From IMG/VR virus record IMGVR_UViG_2534681773_000020: a stretch of DNA of 20,815 nt; one strand, given 5' to 3'. The notes under the pieces were generated by a model. That model saw only the letters and a list, made by a program, of their open reading frames with translations. It was not told the origin of the DNA and did no database searches. The DNA comes from a virus (Duplodnaviria; Heunggongvirae; Uroviricota; Caudoviricetes). The position numbers and the translations under genes are program-made. The stretch's first letter is position 1; every line of letters begins with the position of its first letter. Shown here piece after piece: positions 7,846 through 15,276 of this stretch.

Positions 7846-8865
7846 ATGGCCGCATTACCATACATGCAACTGTACATAGCTGATTACCTTGCTGACACCA
7901 TGCATTTGTCAGCAGAGGAGCACGGTGCGTATTTGTTGCTGATGTTCAATTACTGGCAAACAGGAAAGCCAATACCTAAAAACAGGCTGGCAAAAATTTC
8001 CCGTCTGACTAACGAGCGATGGGCTGATGTGGAACCATCCTTGCGGGAGTTTTTTTGCGATAACGGCGATGAATGGGTGCATCTTCGGATTGAGGAAGAT
8101 CTGGCATCAGTCAGGGAAAAATTAACCAAAAAATCAGCCGCCGGAAAAGCATCTGTTCAAGCCAGAAGAAGCAGAAAGGAAGCAGATGTTCAAACAAAAC
8201 AAGAGAGAGATTTAACAGGTGTTCAAACAAATGTTGGCGTGGTGTTTGAACATGGCGCAAACACAAAAGCAACTAATAAAGATACAGATACAGATCTAAA
8301 AGAATTAAACCCCACACATAACGCGCGCATGCGCGAGAGTGCTCCGACCAGTGAGTCGAATGGCGTGCCGTTGCAGGCAGCGGAACCTGATTACCTGGAA
8401 GGCCTGAGCGAACCCATCGGGAAATTTCCGATGACCGATGGCTGGCATCCGTCGCCGGATTTTCGACGGCGGGCTGCACTGTGGGGAGTGACTCTGCCGG
8501 AGTCGGAATTTACGCCTGCTGAACTTGCCGCCTTCCGGGACTACTGGGCAGCGGAGGGGAAAGTGTTTACGCAGATTCAGTGGGAGCAGAAATTCGCCCG
8601 TCACGTAAATCACGTCAGGGCGCAGGTTAAACCAGTCAGCAAGGGGGTAAACCATGCAGCAGCACCAGGTGGCACCGCATCACGGGCAGTTCAGGAAATT
8701 CGGGCAGCACGTGAGCAGTGGGAACGTGAAAACGGATTTATCAGCGACGGAAACGGCCTGGAAGCTGTGGGAACTCATGGGGGAGGTTTATTCGAACCGC
8801 TGGACCCAGAAAAACGGGGCCGCACCTTCGAAGCTCTGGATTGCACAGATTGGCGCGATGACTGA
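7846..8865 (+). CDS. Replication initiator, DUF1376 (YdaU-like) family; lambda O functional analog
   Basis: N-terminal DUF1376-like motif YIADYLADTMHLSAEEHGAYLLLMFNYWQTG; GAGG 5 nt upstream of ATG 7846 (ORF track alternative 7735); internal iteron-like repeats and AT-rich stretch in the inter-domain linker. Confidence 0.7.
   Translation: MAALPYMQLYIADYLADTMHLSAEEHGAYLLLMFNYWQTGKPIPKNRLAKISRLTNERWADVEPSLREFFCDNGDEWVHLRIEEDLASVREKLTKKSAAGKASVQARRSRKEADVQTKQERDLTGVQTNVGVVFEHGANTKATNKDTDTDLKELNPTHNARMRESAPTSESNGVPLQAAEPDYLEGLSEPIGKFPMTDGWHPSPDFRRRAALWGVTLPESEFTPAELAAFRDYWAAEGKVFTQIQWEQKFARHVNHVRAQVKPVSKGVNHAAAPGGTASRAVQEIRAAREQWERENGFISDGNGLEAVGTHGGGLFEPLDPEKRGRTFEALDCTDWRDD
8187..8310. repeat. 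Putative replication origin: TGTTCAAACAAA direct repeats at 8187-8198 and 8220-8231, inverted copy TGTTTGAACA at 8243-8252, followed by A-rich tract
   Basis: Direct repeats 33 bp apart inside the initiator gene linker, analogous to lambda ori iterons within O. Confidence 0.4.
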
Positions 8866-9319
8866 GCAGCAAATCCGACAGGTCTGCCGCCAGTGCATGG
8901 ACCGCTGCCGGGCGGGTGAAACATGGCCTCCGGACCTGGCTGAGTTTGTGGCACTGATTTCGGAAAGCGGAGTCAATCCATTCGGTCTGACGGTGGATGC
9001 TGTGATGGAGGAGTACCGCCGCTGGCGCAATGAGTCCTGGCGATACGACGGAAGTGATAAGTACCCGTGGTCTCAGCCTGTGCTGTATCACATTTGTCTC
9101 GAGATGCGTTCAAAGGGGATCGAGCGTCAGATGACCGAAGGGGAGTTAAAACGACTTGCAGAACGGCAGCTGACGAAATGGGCAAAGCATGTTGGTAACG
9201 GCCTCAGTGTTCCGCCAGTCCGGCGGCAACTGGCGGCACCCAAACGACCGTCGGGACCAACGCCAATTGAGTTGCTGAAACAGGAATATGAGCGCCGGAA
9301 AGCGGCTGGTTTTGTATGA
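8654..9319 (+). CDS. Replication protein P-like (DnaB helicase loader)
   Basis: C-terminal half resembles lambda P (LAEFVALI, YPWSQPVLYHI, TEGELKRLAERQL); AAGGGGG SD before ATG 8654; alternative starts at 8777 and 8858 (ATGACTGA overlap with upstream stop). Confidence 0.65.
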   Translation: MQQHQVAPHHGQFRKFGQHVSSGNVKTDLSATETAWKLWELMGEVYSNRWTQKNGAAPSKLWIAQIGAMTEQQIRQVCRQCMDRCRAGETWPPDLAEFVALISESGVNPFGLTVDAVMEEYRRWRNESWRYDGSDKYPWSQPVLYHICLEMRSKGIERQMTEGELKRLAERQLTKWAKHVGNGLSVPPVRRQLAAPKRPSGPTPIELLKQEYERRKAAGFV

Positions 9320-9741
9320 ATTGTGAAGGTGATTTTTCAGGAGGGCTTGTGGCAAAAGCATATACACCCGAACAGCGGGAGAATCTGAAGGCTCGAATAA
9401 TCGATCTGGTGCGCAAAAATGAACGCATGACGATGTCACAGCTGGAGAGAGCGACGGGAGCAGGCTGGCATTCGGTTCGACGCTGCCTTGTGGATGTGCT
9501 GGCTTGCGGGGATTTATACATGTCCGGTAAATACGGTGTTTTTGCGTCAGAGCAGGCGTATCGCACATGGCGTAAGAAGCCGGAGAAAGCGGACATGGCG
9601 CTGGTCAGAAAGCTGCCAGATGGAGAAATACGTCGCTACGACAGGAGTCAGAACATAATTTGTCGCGAGTGCCGGAAGAGCGAAGCTATGCAGCGTGTAC
9701 TGGCTTTTTATCAGGGTAATTATCAGGAGGTGATGGCGTGA
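9316..9741 (+). CDS. Hypothetical protein with predicted winged-helix segment (141 aa)
   Basis: ATGA overlap with P-like stop; HTH-like MTMSQLERATGAGWHSVRRCLVDV; CRECRK near C-terminus. Confidence 0.65.
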   Translation: MNCEGDFSGGLVAKAYTPEQRENLKARIIDLVRKNERMTMSQLERATGAGWHSVRRCLVDVLACGDLYMSGKYGVFASEQAYRTWRKKPEKADMALVRKLPDGEIRRYDRSQNIICRECRKSEAMQRVLAFYQGNYQEVMA

Positions 9742-10037
9742 GGGTGAGGGTTTATATCGCTGGTCCGATGATCGGGTATAAAAATTTCAACCGTGAGGCG
9801 TTCCACAATGCGGAAGAGGAACTGAAACGGGAAGGGCATACAGTCTTAAACCCGGCAGTACTTCCGGACGGGCTGACACAGCCGCACTACATGGATATTT
9901 GCATGGCAATGATTCGTTGTGTGGATGCGATTTACATGCTGAAAGGCTGGCAGCGGTCAGCTGGCGCTAAGGCAGAACTGGCGCTGGCGGAGAAACTGGG
10001 GCATGCAGTTATTTTCCAGGAGACAGCCAGTGAGTGA
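9738..10037 (+). CDS. DUF4406 / nucleoside 2-deoxyribosyltransferase-like fold protein (99 aa)
   Basis: GTG start with AGGAGG 7 nt upstream, GTGA overlap with previous stop; N-terminal YIAGPM motif typical of the nucleoside deoxyribosyltransferase-like superfamily. Confidence 0.65.
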   Translation: MRVRVYIAGPMIGYKNFNREAFHNAEEELKREGHTVLNPAVLPDGLTQPHYMDICMAMIRCVDAIYMLKGWQRSAGAKAELALAEKLGHAVIFQETASE

Positions 10038-10290
10038 ATCAAAATGCCAGGTTCATGGCAACAAAATAGAACCGTGTGCTGCATTGGCAAAAGCACTCGA
10101 ATATGGAAATCCAGCATTTAAGAGTAAAGGCATATTTATCCCGGAACGCGTGAATATAAACACCGGCGAGCCAGGCTTAGACATCGCTCAAATACACTCC
10201 GGTCAATATGTTGGTCGTGGCGTTGCAATGTGTTTTTGTCCGTTCTGTGGTGAAAGTCTGAAAACATGGGGAGGAGGAAGTAACCGGTGA
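10030..10290 (+). CDS. Hypothetical small cysteine-containing protein (86 aa, possible zinc-binding CPFCGE motif)
   Basis: GTG at 10030 with AGGAGA 7 nt upstream; ORF track ATG alternative at 10003 overlaps previous gene. Confidence 0.5.
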   Translation: MSESKCQVHGNKIEPCAALAKALEYGNPAFKSKGIFIPERVNINTGEPGLDIAQIHSGQYVGRGVAMCFCPFCGESLKTWGGGSNR

Positions 10291-10402
10291 GCGAAATTAA
10301 GTTTCAGGCACTGCGTGAAGTGAAAGAGAAAGCATAATCCAAATCTGAATAATTAAATTCAGCACTGTAAATAAAATTTAATCCTTAACCGGAGGAGTAT
10401 CT

Positions 10403-10615
10403 ATGTTAAATACACAAAAAAACATTAACGCGGAAAAATATAACGAGTGGGTGAAAAAATTTTCTGAGCAGATTCTTAAAATCACTGGCGACGAGAATGT
10501 GGCAAAAAATGAATTAGAACCATGGACGCCTGAAGGGGGCGAACCAAATTATTGCTGGTGGGAGGTTAATCCAGTTGATGCTGCAAATGAAGCTATGAGT
10601 TATCACAACGATTAA
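10403..10615 (+). CDS. Hypothetical protein (70 aa) in AT-rich island
   Basis: GGAGGAG SD 5 nt upstream of ATG; followed by GNRA-loop hairpin CCGCCC-GAAA-GGGCGG at 10626-10641. Confidence 0.6.
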   Translation: MLNTQKNINAEKYNEWVKKFSEQILKITGDENVAKNELEPWTPEGGEPNYCWWEVNPVDAANEAMSYHND

Positions 10616-10866
10616 TGTCAGGAGGCCGCCCGAAAGGGCGGTAATGAATGGTCACATTATTTAGAAAAAATATCCGCGAAAGAGTAGAACAACAGAATTT
10701 CTGTTTCTCATTCTGTTTATCGTGTTGATGATACCGATATCCCCGTTAATCCTAGTATGGATAATCGGAAAAATAATTGAGCCAGTTATTGAATTGTATA
10801 ACGACGTGGTATGGGCGTCATTCAACACACTGCACAATAAAATTAATCCGTATAAGGAAAACTGAT

Positions 10867-11130
10867 ATGGCAACTTTGACAAAAAAAGAACGGGCATGGT
10901 TGAACGAATTACAGGAAGTTCTTGATCGCTGTCCATCACCGAAAAAAATTGGCTTTTACACCATTGGCGATAAAAGCATTTACCTGTATGACCTACGCCG
11001 CATGGATGAAATCATGGAGGCTCTTGATAATCGTTCGTCGATGGATTGGTGTGTTGCTGTTCATGATATGAATGCAGGGTTTGATGAAAAGATTTTGTTC
11101 CCCTCATCAGTTGAAAGCACTGCGGGTTAA
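10867..11130 (+). CDS. Hypothetical protein (87 aa) in AT-rich island
   Basis: ATG at 10867 with AAGGAAA 6 nt upstream; ORF track TTG start at 10777 considered less likely. Confidence 0.6.
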   Translation: MATLTKKERAWLNELQEVLDRCPSPKKIGFYTIGDKSIYLYDLRRMDEIMEALDNRSSMDWCVAVHDMNAGFDEKILFPSSVESTAG

Positions 11131-11140
11131 GGAGTAACAC

Positions 11141-12010
11141 ATGACCACTATTACCAAAGAACGTATTGAATTGTTCATTAAAAATCCGCTTGAAAACGGG
11201 CTTACCCGTGGTGAACAAATGGAACTGGCACGGATTGCGCTGGCATCGCTGGAAGCAGAGCCGGTGGCAAAGATTATAGCTCATTACCCATTAGGGGTTG
11301 ACGTAGGCAAACAAAAATTTGTACAGGCCATTAGAGAGCTTCCTGACTTTGGCGGATATCTATTTGCCGCCCCTCCAGCGCCGATAGTGCCGGAAGAAAT
11401 GTATTGGCAGGATGCGCCAGTTGAAGGCAGCAGCAAAGCGGCTGCATACGCTACAGGCTGGAACGATTGCCGCGAAGCCATGTTTCAGTCCGGAAACTTT
11501 CGGGAAAATAAAGATTCGTCAACCAATAATTTTCGGAAAATCCCGGAAGCGTCAACCAGCTCTCCGGTAACTCCGGCTCTTCTGCCTGGTGGTTTCACCA
11601 TTGAGGAGGCGAAGGAATTACATGAAGACCTGGCACGCAGCCACATAAGCAAGGCCTTAAGTGGCGAAAAGATGAAAAAGAAAGATCGCGATGCTGATTT
11701 GCGCTGGATTCATGGCGTTATAGTTCAGGCAGCGTGGTTTGTAAAAGCATCACTGGAGCAGAATGCACTATCGGGCAACTATCCGGTAACTCCGGATAGT
11801 TGGATAAGCTGTAGTGAGCGAATGCCGGATACCAAAACAGCCGTTCTTGTTGCCAGGGATTTTGGCAGGAAAGGTGACTGGCGAATGAAATGGGCGACTT
11901 ACATCCCGGGGCATCCTGACGCTAATGATGGGTGGATAATACCTGGTGCGTCGTGGATACCATCACACTGGATGCCTCTACCAGAACCGCCGCAGGAGGT
12001 GCGCCAATGA
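11141..12010 (+). CDS. DUF551 domain-containing phage protein (289 aa)
   Basis: AAGGAG SD 6 nt upstream; C-terminal WIIPGASWIPSHWMPLPEPP resembles the DUF551 signature seen in nin-region proteins. Confidence 0.7.
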   Translation: MTTITKERIELFIKNPLENGLTRGEQMELARIALASLEAEPVAKIIAHYPLGVDVGKQKFVQAIRELPDFGGYLFAAPPAPIVPEEMYWQDAPVEGSSKAAAYATGWNDCREAMFQSGNFRENKDSSTNNFRKIPEASTSSPVTPALLPGGFTIEEAKELHEDLARSHISKALSGEKMKKKDRDADLRWIHGVIVQAAWFVKASLEQNALSGNYPVTPDSWISCSERMPDTKTAVLVARDFGRKGDWRMKWATYIPGHPDANDGWIIPGASWIPSHWMPLPEPPQEVRQ

Positions 12011-12084
12011 ACTGGCCTGAAGCATTTGCAATTACAGGCGTTGCTATGGCTATCGCTTTTTTAGTATATGTTATTTGTCGGTGA
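12007..12084 (+). CDS. Tiny hydrophobic ORF (25 aa, MNWPEAFAITGVAMAIAFLVYVICR), putative small membrane peptide
   Basis: ATGA start-stop overlap with DUF551 gene; single predicted TM helix; not in the ORF track because under 60 aa. Confidence 0.3.
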   Translation: MNWPEAFAITGVAMAIAFLVYVICR

Positions 12085-12125
12085 GGGTAAAAACGTTCGC
12101 CGGGATTAACACCAAAGGAGGGAAT

Positions 12126-12230
12126 ATGTCGGATGATATATCACTGGCAATGGAAGGTGCGCTGGCTGTTGTTGCTGTTGTGGGCGTTTACTGCCTGGTT
12201 GTGTTTTTGATGGATCGACTAGGGAACTGA
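12126..12230 (+). CDS. Tiny hydrophobic ORF (34 aa, MSDDISLAMEGALAVVAVVGVYCLVVFLMDRLGN), putative small membrane peptide
   Basis: Strong SD AAGGAGGG 5 nt upstream; one TM helix; followed by 22-bp perfect palindrome. Confidence 0.45.
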   Translation: MSDDISLAMEGALAVVAVVGVYCLVVFLMDRLGN

Positions 12231-12238
12231 ATTCATTA

Positions 12239-12475
12239 CGATATGGGAATTCCCATATCGGGTAAAAACGGTTTGCGGTAAAGCGAGAGTTAAGTAGAAT
12301 TGCTGCGGGTGCTTGAGGCTGTCTGCCTCGGGCATGCCACCGTAAGGCAGACAGAGAAAAGCCCCAGTTAACATTACGCGTCCTGCAAGACGCTTAACAT
12401 TAATCTGAGGCCCAATCTATGCTTCACAAACGTAGGTTAGCCTCTTACGCGCCGAAAGGCAAGGAGAAGCAGGCT
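12239..12475. promoter_or_regulatory. Structured leader/regulatory region upstream of hok-like toxin (candidate mok-leader and antisense Sok-like RNA region)
   Basis: 22-bp perfect palindrome CGATATGGGAATTCCCATATCG (12239-12260); 10-bp inverted repeat CTGTCTGCCT/AGGCAGACAG (about 12319-12354); direct repeat TTAACATTA x2 flanking GCGTC/GACGC hairpin (about 12368-12402). Confidence 0.4.
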
Positions 12476-12631
12476 ATGAAGCAGCAAAAGGCGATGTTAA
12501 TCGCCCTGATCGTCATCTGTTTAACCGTCATAGTGACGGCACTGGTAACGAGGAAAGACCTCTGCGAGGTACGAATCCGAACCGGCCAGACGGAGGTCGC
12601 TGTCTTCACAGCTTACGAACCTGAGGAGTAA
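12476..12631 (+). CDS. hokD: Hok/Gef-family type I toxin (51 aa)
   Basis: MKQQKAMLIALIVICLTVIVTALVTRKDLCEVRIRTGQTEVAVFTAYEPEE matches the Hok family signature and the recalled HokD/RelF sequence; AAGGAGAAG SD; in-frame upstream extension from 12419 may correspond to a mok-like frame. Confidence 0.8.
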   Translation: MKQQKAMLIALIVICLTVIVTALVTRKDLCEVRIRTGQTEVAVFTAYEPEE

Positions 12632-12700
12632 GAGACCAGGCGGGGGAGAAATCCCTCGCCACCTCTGATGTGTCAGGCATCCTCAACGCACCCGCACTTA

Positions 12701-12727
12701 ACCCGCTTCGGCGGGTTTTGTTTTTTC
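12701..12727 (+). terminator. Intrinsic terminator after hok
   Basis: AACCCGC-TTCG-GCGGGTT stem-loop followed by TTTTGTTTTTT. Confidence 0.6.
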
Positions 12728-12798
12728 CTGGCATTCTGGTTTACAATTCGCACGTCAGCCTGAACACCTGACACCTGCTGCGCCAGCAGAGAAAACAG

Positions 12799-13071
12799 AT
12801 GGTGCACAAAACCAAATTTCACAATTCTGATACCGACCTTGCCATCCGGCATGGGCGGCGTTCACACGCATTTAAAACCGACTGGTACCAACACCCACCA
12901 TGTACTGAAGAACAGGCCGAATGGCTAATTCATAACTACCGCAGACGCGGATACGAGATTAAGAAAGCCCTCAGCCTCGATTATCGTCACTGGATAATCT
13001 ATGTCAGGCTCCCTTATTCCGAACGCCCACCGCGTCCGTCCCGCACATTCCAGCAACGCATCTGGAGGTAA
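12799..13071 (+). CDS. Hypothetical protein (90 aa), Rem-like position
   Basis: ORF between hok and DUF968 gene, same arrangement as rem between hokD and ydfU in Qin; weak SD. Confidence 0.5.
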   Translation: MVHKTKFHNSDTDLAIRHGRRSHAFKTDWYQHPPCTEEQAEWLIHNYRRRGYEIKKALSLDYRHWIIYVRLPYSERPPRPSRTFQQRIWR

Positions 13072-13072
13072 C

Positions 13073-14128
13073 GTGCGGGTATTACTTCGACCTGTTCCGG
13101 TACCGGAACTTGGGCTGGTGGTGCTAAAACCGGGCCGTGAATCCATGCAGGTATTTCATAACCCTCGAGTTCTGGTGGAGCCGGAACCGAAAAGCATGCG
13201 CGGTCTGCCGTCCGGAGTCGTTCCTGCTGTTCGCCAGCCGCTGGCGGAGGATAAATCATTACTGCCATTTTTCAGCGATGAGCGGGTGATTCGTGCTGCT
13301 GGTGGTGCTGGTGCATTGTCTGACTGGCTGTTACGCCACATTAAATCCTGCCAGTGGCCTCATGGTGACTACCATCACAGTGAAACCGTCATACATCGTT
13401 ACGGTACCGGCGCGATGGTGTTGTGCTGGCACTGCGACAACCAGCTGCGTAACCAGACTTCCGAATCACTCGGGCAGCTTGCTCACCAAAACCTGTCAGC
13501 ATGGATGATTGATGTCATCCGCCACGCAATGAATGGCACGCAGGAGCGGGAATTATCGCTGGCTGAATTATCCTGGTGGGCAACCATAAATAACGTAGCG
13601 GACGCACTACCGGAGACGGTGTTACGTCGTTCACTGGGATTACGCGCGGAAAAAATTCGCTCAGTATACCGCGAGAGCGACATCGTGCCGGGAGAGCAGA
13701 CCGCCACCAGCATGCTGAAGCAGCGCACAAAAAATATTGCGCTACTGCCTCACGCCCACCAGCAAAACCCGCCACAGGAAAAGACGGTGGTAAGCATTGC
13801 CGTTGATCCGGAGTCACCGGCTCAGTATCTCCAGCGCCAGAAACCACGACGGGAAGAGATGCCTGTATACACGCGTTGGGTAAAAACGCAGAAATGCATG
13901 ACGTGTGGTAATCAGGCAGATGATCCGCATCACATCATTGGTCATGGACTGGGAGGGATGGGAACAAAGGCTGATGATTTGTTTGTTATTCCGCTGTGCC
14001 GTAAATGCCATAGCGAACTACACGCCGGGGTAAAAGATTTTGAAGAAAAACACGGCAGCCAGCTGTTGTTGCTGATTCGTTTTTTAATGCACGCGAGAAA
14101 TTCGGGTGTCCTGAAGTGGAAAGCATGA
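13073..14128 (+). CDS. DUF968 (YdfU-like) protein with C-terminal Cys/His HNH-like zinc motif
   Basis: GTG at 13073 with GGAGG 4 nt upstream, immediately after previous stop (ORF track ATG alternative 13001); C-terminal CMTCGNQADDPHHIIGHGLGGMGTKADDLFVIPLCRKCHSELH. Confidence 0.65.
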   Translation: MRVLLRPVPVPELGLVVLKPGRESMQVFHNPRVLVEPEPKSMRGLPSGVVPAVRQPLAEDKSLLPFFSDERVIRAAGGAGALSDWLLRHIKSCQWPHGDYHHSETVIHRYGTGAMVLCWHCDNQLRNQTSESLGQLAHQNLSAWMIDVIRHAMNGTQERELSLAELSWWATINNVADALPETVLRRSLGLRAEKIRSVYRESDIVPGEQTATSMLKQRTKNIALLPHAHQQNPPQEKTVVSIAVDPESPAQYLQRQKPRREEMPVYTRWVKTQKCMTCGNQADDPHHIIGHGLGGMGTKADDLFVIPLCRKCHSELHAGVKDFEEKHGSQLLLLIRFLMHARNSGVLKWKA

Positions 14129-14494
14129 ATGACTGAACGCATAGAATTTGTTTTGCCTTACCCGCCAACGGTGAACACTTACTGGCGACGTCGTGGCAGC
14201 ACATATTTTGTATCAAAAGCCGGTGAGCGTTATCGCCGTGATGTGGCGCTTATTGTTCGCCAGCAGCGGCTGAAATTAAACCTGTCCGGAAGGCTGGCGA
14301 TAAAGATTATTGCAGAGCCACCGGATAAACGTCGTCGTGACCTGGACAATATCCTGAAAGCACCACTGGATGCGCTGACGCATGCCGGACTTCTCATAGA
14401 CGACGAGCAGTTTGATGAAATCAATATTGTGCGCGGTCAGCGCGTTCCTGGGGGACGGCTGGGCGTGAAGATTTACAAAATTGAGAGTGAGTGA
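14129..14494 (+). CDS. rusA: RusA Holliday junction resolvase
   Basis: 121 aa; start abuts previous stop; RusA-family motifs LPYPPTVNTYW and RRDLDNILKAPLDAL. Confidence 0.85.
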   Translation: MTERIEFVLPYPPTVNTYWRRRGSTYFVSKAGERYRRDVALIVRQQRLKLNLSGRLAIKIIAEPPDKRRRDLDNILKAPLDALTHAGLLIDDEQFDEINIVRGQRVPGGRLGVKIYKIESE

Positions 14495-15045
14495 TCGTAA
14501 ATATGATATACCCGGAAATTACAGGCAAAAGCGGCGAGCATTTACGTCTAAAAACGCTGGAAGCCGTCTGGATCCAGGGGAAATTACGGATGTGGGGGCG
14601 TTGGTCGTATATAGGTGGTGGCAAACCAGGAAATATGTTCAATCAGTTGCTGGCATCCAAAAAACTGACAAAAACCGCAATCAATGAAGCCCTGCGTAGA
14701 ATCAGGGAGTCAGGGATTGATAAACCAGAGCTGGAAGCATTCTTGCGAGAGATGATCGCTGGCAGACAGAAGAGCTGGTTGTCTCACTGTACTGATGCAG
14801 AGGCGTTACGCATTGATGGGGTGATAAGTAAAGCGCTTGCACGTTATCCTGGATTGATTGATATCCTGCGGCAAAGGTACGAAGGGCGGGGGATGAGTAA
14901 ACGCAAAATGGCTGAATTGTTGAATGAGGTGCACCCGGAATGGTGTTTTAGTACATGCGAAAAGCGAATTGCTAATTGGTTGGCTGTTGCTGAATATGCG
15001 CTATACATCCCTATGCGAGAATCGTTTGCTCAAAAAATGTCTTGA
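14491..15045 (+). CDS. Q: Late gene antiterminator Q-like protein
   Basis: 184-aa ORF (GTG 14491, or ATG 14503) directly upstream of a short intrinsic terminator and the late genes; position and size match Q of 82/Qin-type phages. Confidence 0.7.
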   Translation: MIVNMIYPEITGKSGEHLRLKTLEAVWIQGKLRMWGRWSYIGGGKPGNMFNQLLASKKLTKTAINEALRRIRESGIDKPELEAFLREMIAGRQKSWLSHCTDAEALRIDGVISKALARYPGLIDILRQRYEGRGMSKRKMAELLNEVHPEWCFSTCEKRIANWLAVAEYALYIPMRESFAQKMS

Positions 15046-15130
15046 TTTTTTACGCATAAACTGTTTCAATCCAGCTACGCTTCGCAAAGCTATACCGCGA
15101 GGCGAATAGCAGACATGGACACCTGAAAGA
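15042..15130 (+). promoter_or_regulatory. Putative late promoter (pR'-like) and Q-utilisation region
   Basis: Short non-coding segment between Q and tR'-like terminator; TTGATT at 15042-15047 and TAAACT at 15056-15061 are only weak hexamer candidates; assignment is positional. Confidence 0.3.
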
Positions 15131-15153
15131 ACCCGCTTTATGCGGGTTTTTTT
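15131..15153 (+). terminator. Intrinsic terminator (tR'-like) about 100 nt downstream of Q
   Basis: ACCCGC-TTTAT-GCGGGT stem-loop followed by seven T. Confidence 0.65.
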
Positions 15154-15276
15154 ATGTCTGAAAAACGGCACAGAACATTAAACGCGCTGGTAGTTGTGAA
15201 TACTGGTCTTTCAGCTTGCTGGCTTTTTCGACAAGAGGTATTGGTATGTCACGTTAACCAGAAAAGGGAAAAAGGC

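Noticed and set aside
10661-10939. 92-aa minus-strand ORF in the AT-rich island
   Set aside because: Antisense to the early operon direction, overlaps the SD-supported plus-strand gene at 10867, and AT-rich sequence readily yields spurious open frames; a real small membrane protein cannot be fully excluded.
13515-13847. Minus-strand ORFs (110 aa, 81 aa) inside the DUF968 gene
   Set aside because: GC-rich antisense shadow frames within a plus-strand CDS that has a conserved C-terminal zinc motif.
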